A stretch of DNA of 37,349 nt from a virus (Duplodnaviria > Caudoviricetes), in IMG/VR virus record IMGVR_UViG_3300017903_000773, positions 1 to 37,349 of that record. One strand, given 5' to 3'. The position numbers and the translations under genes are program-made. The notes beneath the pieces were generated by a model, which saw only the letters and a list, made by a program, of their open reading frames with translations, searched no databases and was not told the origin of the DNA. Shown piece after piece: positions 10,235 through 17,684 of the stretch (position 1 is the first letter of the stretch; each line of letters starts with the position of its first letter).

Positions 10235-10355
10235 GTTCCTGCATTTGTCTAGTCATTATTCCCATAGTGACGTAGAGAGGGGATAGGGCTACAATAAGCA
10301 GTAATACAAGCACACTTGAAAAAGATAGTGCTTTTAAAATTGCAAATTTAATCAT
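10224..10355 (-). CDS. Small membrane peptide, 43 aa (MIKFAILKALSFSSVLVLLLIVALSPLYVTMGIMTRQMQELKR)
   Basis: Manually translated, below the ORF-track cutoff. Has one long hydrophobic segment and fills the otherwise empty gap. Confidence 0.6.
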   Translation of the reverse strand: MIKFAILKALSFSSVLVLLLIVALSPLYVTMGIMTRQMQELKR

Positions 10356-10572
10356 GTTTCAAAAAATTGCTAATATTCTTAGCATCGTTTCATTTGTAAT
10401 GGTAGCTTCCATGAGTGGTGGAACGTACTTTGCATATAAATATGTAACATCAGAACAGTTTAAAGCAAGAGTAATGAATAAGATCCTTGGGAATGTTCAA
10501 AACATGATGCCAAAAGTATTAGATCAGGAATTACCAAAAGTTACTGGCCCATCAATGCCGATCATTAAATGA
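10354..10572 (+). CDS. Hypothetical N-terminally anchored membrane protein
   Basis: Hydrophobic N-terminus (ILSIVSFVMVASMSGGTYFAY); resembles small conserved cyanophage proteins (from recall). Confidence 0.7.
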   Translation: MFQKIANILSIVSFVMVASMSGGTYFAYKYVTSEQFKARVMNKILGNVQNMMPKVLDQELPKVTGPSMPIIK

Positions 10573-10796
10573 TCTTTGGATTTTTAAAAAACCTAGTTAA
10601 ATACTATATAGATAAATTAATTCATTGGATGCGTATGACAAAATTTAATTTAGAGCTTGATAATGACATAAAAAAATATCACGAAAAAATGGATAAAAAA
10701 GTAAAAAAACCTAAGATTATAGAGAAAGGTACTTTTGGAAAAGATGGTTGGTCTATTTCTATTGGAGATATGAAAGATGGAAATACCAAAGATTGA
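10569..10796 (+). CDS. Hypothetical protein
   Basis: ATGA-coupled to the upstream ORF and overlaps the next ORF. Confidence 0.55.
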   Translation: MIFGFLKNLVKYYIDKLIHWMRMTKFNLELDNDIKKYHEKMDKKVKKPKIIEKGTFGKDGWSISIGDMKDGNTKD

Positions 10797-11421
10797 TATT
10801 CCACAAATAAGAATAAAAGAGATTGATATTCCAAAAATACGCAAATGGGAAGTTCATAGACCTACATTAGATGTCATTCTTAAGCCTGTCGTAGATATAC
10901 CAGCTTGTGTTGATGCTCATAGAAATAATTTACCTAGTCTTATTGGAAAAGATGAAAAAGGTACATATCAAGCCTGTGGGACGTTTGATATACCAAGTTT
11001 TGAACCTTTGGAATATAATCCTAATAATTTTATTTACACAGCCCCTTTAAGCCCTCAGAGCCAAGAGCAAAAAGATATACAACCAGAACAGCCAAAGATT
11101 CCAGAAACAAAAAAAGAAAAAGTTACAGTTGAACCTTGCCCACCCAAAGATGCACAATTTCGGGAAGGGGATTACAGAAATGATAAAAAAATTGAAAGGC
11201 TGGTAAAATATGAAAAAAAAACTATAGGGGGTTCATGTGACCCGATCTGGGAAAAAGTACCATTCAGAGAAAGCTTTATTGGTACACCTCAAGCACTCAT
11301 TTCTACTGCTGTTATCGGTGTGGTTGCTGGTGGCTCTGCGCTTTTGGCTCCTTTAATAAAAAAATTAATTTCTGAAATATTTAAAAAAATAAAGAAAAAA
11401 CTTAGTAAACCTAATTCTTAA
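10777..11421 (+). CDS. Hypothetical Pro/Cys-containing protein with C-terminal transmembrane segment
   Basis: N-terminal IxIP repeats, four Cys, TM segment ALISTAVIGVVAGGSALLAPLI and a Lys-rich tail. Confidence 0.72.
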   Translation: MEIPKIDIPQIRIKEIDIPKIRKWEVHRPTLDVILKPVVDIPACVDAHRNNLPSLIGKDEKGTYQACGTFDIPSFEPLEYNPNNFIYTAPLSPQSQEQKDIQPEQPKIPETKKEKVTVEPCPPKDAQFREGDYRNDKKIERLVKYEKKTIGGSCDPIWEKVPFRESFIGTPQALISTAVIGVVAGGSALLAPLIKKLISEIFKKIKKKLSKPNS

Positions 11422-12070
11422 TTTGTAATTTATGTGTATGTGGTAGAACTTGCCCTTTTTTTGGACTGACAATTACATCCTCACATAGTTTGTGGTAAAT
11501 ACTTGATTTTGCATATTCAATTCCAGCAAGTTTCAATTCACCACAATTTTTAAGTCTTGCTAGTTCGTAATTTAGCCTTTCTTTAGACAATATTTGTCTT
11601 TGTATCTTTTCTTGTGTTGTAGCACTTTTTAAGCAAGCATCTTGAAATCTTCTATCTAATGGAATATTAAAAGTCAAAGCTACACCAATATTTAAACCTA
11701 GTGAATCTTTATTGCCACTATAATTTTCTTGATAAAAAAGAATTTCACCCGCATTTGTAAGGTTCCCATCATCATCTACCGCTGGATTATAGTAGGGAGT
11801 TTCATAGGTGTAATCCATAGGGCGTTTGATATTTAAATTTGAATATGCAAAGGGGCTTATAGACATTTGAGGGCCAGAACAAACTATTCCATTTCCATAA
11901 CTATTTTCGACCATTGGGCCGCCAAGCACTTGTGTAGCAAAGTTTGATACACTTCCAGACGCGGATGCTTGTGGAGCCGCGGTATTTGAGGTATTAGCAA
12001 ATACTGGACTCCCAAACAATAATCCTATTATTGGGAGAATATTGTAGTTGTATCTGTAACGCTTTCTGAT
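11411..12070 (-). CDS. Putative secreted protein (start uncertain; ORF open to 12196)
   Basis: Signal-peptide-like IRKRYRYNYNILPIIGLLFGSPVFA, then SASGSVSNFATQV, NGIVCSGP, LNIGVALTFNIPLD and LNYELARLKNC. Confidence 0.7.
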   Translation of the reverse strand: MRKRYRYNYNILPIIGLLFGSPVFANTSNTAAPQASASGSVSNFATQVLGGPMVENSYGNGIVCSGPQMSISPFAYSNLNIKRPMDYTYETPYYNPAVDDDGNLTNAGEILFYQENYSGNKDSLGLNIGVALTFNIPLDRRFQDACLKSATTQEKIQRQILSKERLNYELARLKNCGELKLAGIEYAKSSIYHKLCEDVIVSPKKGQVLPHTHKLQIKN

Positions 12071-12450
12071 TGAATTGTTCTGGTTATATCTGTTATAGAT
12101 TGAACCCCACTTGGAGTATATGTCTCTACAAATTGAAAAGCACCTTGATTTGTTAAAGTCCAATTTGGTTTCTGGTTTAAATCTAAATCTGTCCACGTAT
12201 AAGTCGTCCCGTTTAGGTTTTGATTACTGGTAGTGATAGGAGGTGTAATTGAAGTTCCATCCATTTTAATTCCAGAGCCAGAAACACTGTATTGAAATCC
12301 ACCATATTCTGTAGTGCGGATCTGTTCTGTGATATTTGTGATTGTTTCTGTTCGAGAAGTACTTGAGCCTTGTGAAAAATTTGGTACCACAGGGACAGCA
12401 TAGACAGGGCTAGATATAAGAAAAACAAACGAAAATATCCCCCACATCAA
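12028..12450 (-). CDS. Putative secreted Thr/Ser-rich protein
   Basis: Signal peptide ending PVYA, followed by VPVVPNFSQGSSTSRTET; beta-strand-like composition. Confidence 0.75.
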   Translation of the reverse strand: MMWGIFSFVFLISSPVYAVPVVPNFSQGSSTSRTETITNITEQIRTTEYGGFQYSVSGSGIKMDGTSITPPITTSNQNLNGTTYTWTDLDLNQKPNWTLTNQGAFQFVETYTPSGVQSITDITRTIQSESVTDTTTIFSQ

Positions 12451-12932
12451 TCAACAGTTAAATCTGTGACAAATTGACCAGTAAGAACTACCCCTGTTCC
12501 TGTTCCACCTGTAAGAGTCATTGTGTGATGGTCTAAAGTTACCGCTGCTGTACCTACTGAACCAGCGGCAGTCGAAGTCAAATCACTAAAGTTACCTACT
12601 GTCCCGACAGTTGGGGCTGATCCAGCAGTAGCATCACCCTCAAGGTATGACTGAGTAAAGCTAAAAGTTTCACCAGCTGTTGTTTGTGTTGCACTTGGCA
12701 TAGTCACTGCTGGAACTCCATTTGTAACAGATCCAAAGCCACCCACGCTCGCAGCGTCACCGCTTGTAGTTGTTATATTTGTGCCGCTTATGCTATAAGA
12801 TGAGCCGATTTTGTCTGCTGACGTTGCGGCACTGAGGCTTTCTAATTTGACTGATGAGGTTATTGTACTCTGAATATCAGAATAAGCAGCTGATGGAATA
12901 CAGAGTGCAGCTAATAGTAAGATTTTTTTCAT
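12447..12932 (-). CDS. Putative secreted Thr/Ser/Gly-rich protein
   Basis: Classical signal peptide MKKILLLAALCIPSAAYS; mature part rich in T/S/G/A. Confidence 0.78.
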   Translation of the reverse strand: MKKILLLAALCIPSAAYSDIQSTITSSVKLESLSAATSADKIGSSYSISGTNITTTSGDAASVGGFGSVTNGVPAVTMPSATQTTAGETFSFTQSYLEGDATAGSAPTVGTVGNFSDLTSTAAGSVGTAAVTLDHHTMTLTGGTGTGVVLTGQFVTDLTVD

Positions 12933-13168
12933 TTGGTGCTTGCTTTAGGGTTCTTATTATCTACTATAGTATCTTTTTTCTTTTTTATCGAAAAACCTAG
13001 TGATGCAGTACTTGCTGAAAAAATACTTGCAATAAATGTCGGATCAAAATCTACAATCTTTTTACCAGATGGAGGTTCATAGTATGAAAGAGACAAAAGT
13101 GTTGCTGACCATAAAAGCACACAAACTTTGACAATGGTTTCAACTTTGCTGGGTTCTTGATCTTCCAT
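12929..13168 (-). CDS. Small two-TM membrane protein (holin-like topology)
   Basis: Two hydrophobic segments (IVKVCVLLWSATLLSLSYY; FIASIFSASTASLGFSI) and a KKKKD basic tail. Confidence 0.65.
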   Translation of the reverse strand: MEDQEPSKVETIVKVCVLLWSATLLSLSYYEPPSGKKIVDFDPTFIASIFSASTASLGFSIKKKKDTIVDNKNPKASTK

Positions 13169-13231
13169 AAGATTAAGGGTTTCTTGTTTAATACTGGCAT
13201 ATTAGCTATGTTTGGAAAAACAAACAAATCA

Positions 13232-13396
13232 ATGATTCGTATTCTCAAACCTATCCTTTTAACTTTCTGTAAAACAAATGCAGTTAAAAAGTTAATTCTT
13301 GACCTTTTGAAAGCTTTGGTCAAAACTACAGACAACACAGTAGACGACAAAATCGTGGCAATTATAGAAAGTAAATTATGGCCTGATCTTAAATGA
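13232..13396 (+). CDS. Small amphipathic hypothetical protein (MIRILKPILLTF...TDNTVDDKIV)
   Basis: Likely start is ATG 13232 within the ORF 13157-13396; ATGA-coupled to the next gene. Confidence 0.68.
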   Translation: MIRILKPILLTFCKTNAVKKLILDLLKALVKTTDNTVDDKIVAIIESKLWPDLK

Positions 13397-13686
13397 TGGA
13401 TATAATCAAAGCTCTAACATCTACTTACAGCCTTGAGGGTGAGTTTGAGGTGCAAAAGTCTATAAAATTTATTGAAAAGCTAGAGGATATTGAACTACTC
13501 AAGCCTTATGCGATTAAGTTATTACAGACAAATGCAAAGCAAGCTCATTTTGTAAGTTCTTCGATTGAAGTTATATCTCAGCAAGCCGCTTATATATTTA
13601 AGCTAGAAAAACAACTAAAAAAGAAAAAAGCGACCCTTTGGGATCGCATGAGATACGTTTTGTTTAATAAAAAATCAGGGGACTAA
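13393..13686 (+). CDS. Hypothetical protein
   Basis: 97-aa ORF coupled to the upstream gene. Confidence 0.65.
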   Translation: MMDIIKALTSTYSLEGEFEVQKSIKFIEKLEDIELLKPYAIKLLQTNAKQAHFVSSSIEVISQQAAYIFKLEKQLKKKKATLWDRMRYVLFNKKSGD

Positions 13687-13845
13687 ATCCTTTTCTGTAA
13701 TATCAAACCAAGTTGCAGACTCTGTAACCATACCAGTAAGCTCATCTGTTCTTGTTGTTTCACAAAATTCATAAGTTCTTTCAGATTCTGGGTGATAAAA
13801 AATCTGACCTATGTATGGATTGTTTGGAAAAGTTACTAAGTACAT
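13675..13845 (-). CDS. Hypothetical protein, 56 aa (MYLVTFPNNPYIGQIFYHP...)
   Basis: Manually translated; last gene of the leftward arm, 2 nt after the SSB-like stop. Confidence 0.6.
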   Translation of the reverse strand: MYLVTFPNNPYIGQIFYHPESERTYEFCETTRTDELTGMVTESATWFDITEKDLVP

Positions 13846-13847
13846 AA

Positions 13848-14189
13848 TCAAAAAGGTAAATCCTCTGGAAGTTCACGCTGGTTTGCTTTGACGTTTACAG
13901 TCCTCTCAGAGGCTGGTTTAGGGTTTAGTGGTGCAATCTTACCTGAGTTACCCCAGAGGCCGCCCCAGATCGAAAAACCAGCTATTTCATCATAGTCTGA
14001 TTTGCTTTTGTAAACCCTTATCTTAGTATCTTCGATATGGGCATTATCAACCATAGTTTGTAACCAGTTTGCCATTTTCATAGCTTCATCAACTGATATG
14101 TCGATAATTAAGTTTCTTTCTGGTGCATTGTCTCTATCGCTGTTGTTATCAACGATTCTAAATTTTGCGTTAAATGCTGTGTTTGCCAT
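13848..14189 (-). CDS. Putative single-stranded DNA-binding protein
   Basis: Acidic C-terminal tail ELPEDLPF, typical of SSBs; adjacent to the Sak/RecE genes. Confidence 0.55.
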   Translation of the reverse strand: MANTAFNAKFRIVDNNSDRDNAPERNLIIDISVDEAMKMANWLQTMVDNAHIEDTKIRVYKSKSDYDEIAGFSIWGGLWGNSGKIAPLNPKPASERTVNVKANQRELPEDLPF

Positions 14190-14194
14190 AATAA

Positions 14195-14419
14195 TTAAAA
14201 GGGTTCAATGGGTGTAATGCCGTTTGCTTCTTCCCAAGCAAGCACTTTATGAAGTTCATAACGTACTCTGGGATCTCCGAAAATGGCTTCAATTCTAGAA
14301 AGTTCGTAGAACTCAGGGCCATAGCCTTTGTATCTCCACTTTCTGATCGTTTGAGGAGTTTTGCCATATCTTGAAGCCAGTTGCTCTGTTGTGAAAAACT
14401 GGCTCTCAGCTACTGTCAT
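14195..14419 (-). CDS. Excisionase/AlpA-like winged-HTH DNA-binding protein
   Basis: FTTEQLASRYGKTPQTIRKWRYKGYGPEF...VRYELHKVLAWE. Confidence 0.75.
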   Translation of the reverse strand: MTVAESQFFTTEQLASRYGKTPQTIRKWRYKGYGPEFYELSRIEAIFGDPRVRYELHKVLAWEEANGITPIEPF

Positions 14420-15039
14420 GTTGTAATCACCTCCTTTCTAGTTTTGATAAGTTCACAAAGGTCTAAATAATCCTCTTGTGGTATTTGTCTGTTAGCATAA
14501 CGCACCTCTAAAGACTCAGCACATTTATCAAGCCTTTCTCTGGTGTCAGCTTTAAGGATTGCATCTTTGGCAACTACTGTAAGGTTTTGAGTAGAAACTG
14601 GAGTCCTATCCTTTTTAGGATTTTTCCAAGCTTTACTGCGGTCATATAAAGATAATCCAAGCTGTGAACCAAACTGCATAAAAGCACGTTTTCTAGCGTC
14701 AGATTCAGCTTCCTTTACTGCTGATTCATGCTTGTCACCTAAGTTAACTCTTTCACCTTTACCATGTCCAGCACCAACTCCTTCTCTAATTACATCACCA
14801 ACAGTCACTCTAACTTTTGCAATGTAAGTTACACAGAACTCATCACTCTGCACACAGTCAAGCTGTATTGTTTCAGATGACCAGCCATCAAATCCAAAGA
14901 TGCGGTTAGCTTCATTGATTACATACCAGCTTTCTAAGTAAGCAAGTTGCATATTGCCTTGCTTTCTAAAAGCAACAACTTTAGGGTCAATAGGTTGTTT
15001 AAGTTGTTCTGTTTGTTCTTTAGTAAATGTCATAACCAT
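14416..15039 (-). CDS. Rad52/Rad22-family single-strand annealing protein (Sak-like); probable start 15033
   Basis: LAYLESWYVINEANRIFGFDGWSSE, REGVGAG and AVKEAESDARKRAF are Rad52_Rad22 signatures. Confidence 0.9.
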   Translation of the reverse strand: MVMTFTKEQTEQLKQPIDPKVVAFRKQGNMQLAYLESWYVINEANRIFGFDGWSSETIQLDCVQSDEFCVTYIAKVRVTVGDVIREGVGAGHGKGERVNLGDKHESAVKEAESDARKRAFMQFGSQLGLSLYDRSKAWKNPKKDRTPVSTQNLTVVAKDAILKADTRERLDKCAESLEVRYANRQIPQEDYLDLCELIKTRKEVITT

Positions 15040-15866
15040 TTAGGGGGTGTAAGTGTTTTGATGCCCTCTGGAGCTTGATCGGTATATCCAGCCCAAATGC
15101 CTGACTCTTGGGCAGCTTTGATGTCAGACAAGGTTTGTTCTTGTAGTTCATATCCACGCTCAATAAAATGAGGTGACAGTTCATATACTCCCACGCTATA
15201 TGGAAATACCTTTTCAACTGCCACAAATATGAACCGCTTTGCTCCAGTACCTTGAAGATAGTGTGCTGCTTGCAGATGGTAAAAAAATGAGGAAATTGTC
15301 CGAGTAAATTTGTCAGGACTAGCCCCACCTTCACCTGTTGTTTTGAGATCAATGACCATATCATCAATCACATAGTCACAACGGCATTTGCATTGCAAAC
15401 CTGTTTCCCTGTGCTTCCACCAGTAAGATTGCTCTGCTAGTCCTCTGGTATCTCTCAAGGTATCTGAAATAATGTATTTGTTGGCAAATTCGTTATTACA
15501 AAGAGCTTTATAGATACCAGTAAGAGTATCCATTTCTGGAGTTGTAAAAGTTTCAATGCCTTTTTCTTGCAAAGAAAGTGCTACTGCCTTACCAGCTTTA
15601 GTTCTTTTATCATCTAATAAAGCATAAGAGTTAGAAAAAAGTTCGGGTTCTAAACAGTACTTATGGCACATAGATCCAAACTTCATTGCTGGAGTTGCAA
15701 TTCTGGGAGGATTGTTCTTGCCATACTTGTAAGTATGAAAAGCCTGTAAGCCATGATCTATGGCATATTTCAAGTCAGACGCTGCAATAGCTGGATCTGA
15801 TCTATACACTTGTTCATCAATATCAACTGACGTTATGTGTGGTGTGGTGTTGTTTAAAGATTCCAT
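15030..15866 (-). CDS. RecE/exonuclease VIII-like PD-(D/E)XK nuclease (DUF3799-like)
   Basis: AMKFGSMCH, CKCRCD, IDLKTT, YHLQAAHY and FIFVAVEK motifs; paired with the annealing protein. Confidence 0.88.
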   Translation of the reverse strand: MESLNNTTPHITSVDIDEQVYRSDPAIAASDLKYAIDHGLQAFHTYKYGKNNPPRIATPAMKFGSMCHKYCLEPELFSNSYALLDDKRTKAGKAVALSLQEKGIETFTTPEMDTLTGIYKALCNNEFANKYIISDTLRDTRGLAEQSYWWKHRETGLQCKCRCDYVIDDMVIDLKTTGEGGASPDKFTRTISSFFYHLQAAHYLQGTGAKRFIFVAVEKVFPYSVGVYELSPHFIERGYELQEQTLSDIKAAQESGIWAGYTDQAPEGIKTLTPPKWL

Positions 15867-15924
15867 TTTGTTATAGTAATGGTGTCCTCTGGTGTTAGGA
15901 CAATGGGTGGAGTACTGGTAGAGA

Positions 15925-16086
15925 TCAGGGGTGGTCTTTACCAGTATTTTTTTGTGTAATAGTATTTATTTCTTCTTGAATTACTATCATTGTTAAATTA
16001 ATCTCGCTAATAATTTTAAGAAGTTTGTCTTGATTTTTTTCAAGATCAGCAAGCCTTTGCTTTATGCGTGTCATTTCAAAGGTCAT
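15925..16086 (-). CDS. Small coiled-coil hypothetical protein, 53 aa
   Basis: Manually translated (MTFEMTRIKQRLADLEKNQ...); ATGA overlap with the upstream ORF. Confidence 0.5.
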   Translation of the reverse strand: MTFEMTRIKQRLADLEKNQDKLLKIISEINLTMIVIQEEINTITQKNTGKDHP

Positions 16087-16214
16087 TGTTGTAGCTCCTT
16101 ACAAGCGAGTTCAATACCAGCATTGCAATCTGCAACTGTCATGTCGTATAAAGTTCCAGTAAGGGTTGTATAAAACAACCCCATGCCAGCGATAAGTAAG
16201 AAAAAGTTTTGCAT
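16083..16214 (-). CDS. Small membrane/secreted peptide, 43 aa (MQNFFLLIAGMGLFYTTLTGTLYDMTVADCNAGIELACKELQQ)
   Basis: Manually translated; hydrophobic N-terminus and C-x7-C; TAATG overlap with the upstream gene. Confidence 0.62.
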   Translation of the reverse strand: MQNFFLLIAGMGLFYTTLTGTLYDMTVADCNAGIELACKELQQ

Positions 16215-16486
16215 TAGTCAAGCTCCGTTTGATCGAATTGAATTTTGATTAGTGGATAAGATTCAACATCTGTGAATTTTTCTTTTGCTCCATCAAGCAT
16301 TAGTTCATAAAGTCTGACTGCTTGTTTTGCTTCATCTTCTGTGAACTTGTAGTTGCTCTGGTTAGCGAGGTTCAAGAGTTGCTTGTGTCTCATAACTAAA
16401 GCGTTAACTCTTTGAACAAAGAGAGCTTTGAATCTATCTCTCTTGTGCTGATCTTTTTCAGCTTGTGTCTTAGGTGTAGAGGTCAT
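16214..16486 (-). CDS. Hypothetical protein (MTSTPKTQAEKDQHKRDRF...)
   Basis: Probable ATG at 16486 within the ORF 16214-16525. Confidence 0.65.
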   Translation of the reverse strand: MTSTPKTQAEKDQHKRDRFKALFVQRVNALVMRHKQLLNLANQSNYKFTEDEAKQAVRLYELMLDGAKEKFTDVESYPLIKIQFDQTELD

Positions 16487-16488
16487 TC

Positions 16489-16725
16489 TTATAACCCCAA
16501 CACATACTGATCTGTTAAGTAGCAATCAGGTTTGATCTGCCACTCAGTTACCCAAGCATCACCGACTACTGGTGCTTTAGGTGTTGATACTTGCTGCAAC
16601 CAGACATAGCCTTTTCTGGCTGGTCTGTGCATTGTGCTGTCATCAAGCACTTTTGCAAGGAAACAATTACCGCAATGCTCAAAGCCTTTTGCGTTCATTG
16701 CCCAGACTGTTTTTGTGTTTTTCAT
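16489..16725 (-). CDS. Hypothetical early protein, first gene of the leftward arm
   Basis: Probable ATG at 16725, downstream of the leftward promoter and hairpin. Confidence 0.6.
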   Translation of the reverse strand: MKNTKTVWAMNAKGFEHCGNCFLAKVLDDSTMHRPARKGYVWLQQVSTPKAPVVGDAWVTEWQIKPDCYLTDQYVLGL

Positions 16726-16764
16726 AAAAACCTCAACGAAGAACGGCCTCTCAGCCATACATTA

Positions 16765-16793
16765 ATATTATATTACCTTTGTTTACCTGTCAA
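16765..16793 (-). promoter_or_regulatory. Leftward sigma70-type early promoter
   Basis: Minus strand: TTGACA (16793-16788), 17-nt spacer, TAATAT (16770-16765). Confidence 0.8.
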
Positions 16794-16850
16794 TACCTAT
16801 AAGACATTGTTACAGATTCAAAACATATAGAGGTAATTAGAGGTAAAAGA

Positions 16851-16879
16851 TTGACATATAGATTAATTACATATATTAT
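16851..16879 (+). promoter_or_regulatory. Rightward sigma70-type early promoter
   Basis: TTGACA (16851-16856), 17-nt spacer, TATTAT (16874-16879). Confidence 0.85.
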
Positions 16880-16933
16880 ATAAATATGAGGTCGAGAGAT
16901 CGGCTGATTATTCAAACTTCGCAAAGGATTCAA

Positions 16934-17269
16934 ATGAGAACTCTAACAAAAAGAATTGACGGCTTTGACAAGATCAACAGCTTTGGTATTGAGTACAAAA
17001 ACTGGAGAGGTCAAAAAGATGTCAAAGGTGTTTACTTAATGCAAGGCTATCAAAAAGATGATGACGGCATTTACTGGGCTATGAGCAGAACAGTATGCTT
17101 GAGCAGCAATCCAAGTCAGGCAGATGTAGATGAGATTGACAGAATATACAACAATCCACCAGTTGTTGATGGTGAGTTGGTCTTGATAAATGGAGAGGTT
17201 TACAAGACTCGTCTTTTATCAGGTGGTGACTACAGCAACACTGCAATCTTCGACAAGGTAGAAGCTTAA
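16934..17269 (+). CDS. Hypothetical early protein
   Basis: Probable ATG at 16934, after the repeated leader motif. Confidence 0.68.
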   Translation: MRTLTKRIDGFDKINSFGIEYKNWRGQKDVKGVYLMQGYQKDDDGIYWAMSRTVCLSSNPSQADVDEIDRIYNNPPVVDGELVLINGEVYKTRLLSGGDYSNTAIFDKVEA

Positions 17270-17290
17270 TTGCTCTACCTTTTTCTTTTT
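17255..17290 (+). terminator. Intrinsic terminator
   Basis: AGGTAG-a-AGC/GCT-CTACCT hairpin followed by TTTTCTTTTT. Confidence 0.7.
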
Positions 17291-17312
17291 ATTCACTTCG
17301 CAAATTATTCAA

Positions 17313-17627
17313 ATGGCAAACTATTACATGACAGAAAAAGAGCAACAGTTTCTTACAGTTGCATCTATAGACCAAAATCAATGGCATGAGTGGGTCGGTA
17401 TTGATCCAGCTTATGTATATTTTGATTTCAATGACCTTTTAGAGGCCAATATTCCTATGAAACAAGCCGAAGGTTTACTCAGCAGCCTATTACAAAAAGG
17501 TATTGTTGAGGTTGAAATGGCTTATGCAGATATGAATGTTTTTGATAAAGGAGAGTTTCTTTATTCATTTACAGAAGAGTTTTGTACATGGGTTGCTCAA
17601 GGAGGCAACTACAAAGTAAAAAACTAA
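17313..17627 (+). CDS. Hypothetical acidic early protein (possible winged helix)
   Basis: 104-aa ORF; QAEGLLSSLLQKGIVEV segment. Confidence 0.68.
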   Translation: MANYYMTEKEQQFLTVASIDQNQWHEWVGIDPAYVYFDFNDLLEANIPMKQAEGLLSSLLQKGIVEVEMAYADMNVFDKGEFLYSFTEEFCTWVAQGGNYKVKN

Positions 17628-17635
17628 ACCTATCA

Positions 17636-17664
17636 GCCCCACCTCAACTGGTGGGGTCTTTATT
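17636..17664 (+). terminator. GC-rich hairpin / weak intrinsic terminator
   Basis: GCCCCACC-tcaact-GGTGGGGT followed by CTTTATT. Confidence 0.6.
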
Positions 17665-17684
17665 CACCTATCACCCCAAAAACA

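Noticed and set aside
12929-13168. Firm holin annotation
   Set aside because: The topology fits, but there is no recognisable family motif and no adjacent endolysin. Left as a candidate.
13051-13350. 99-aa minus-strand ORF, and the long version (13157 start) of the plus-strand ORF
   Set aside because: They overlap two better-supported divergent genes (12929-13168 minus, 13232-13396 plus).
15883-15902. TGTCCT/AGGACA hairpin upstream of the exonuclease gene as a terminator or riboswitch
   Set aside because: Only a 6-bp stem, no U-tract and no second copy; insufficient support.
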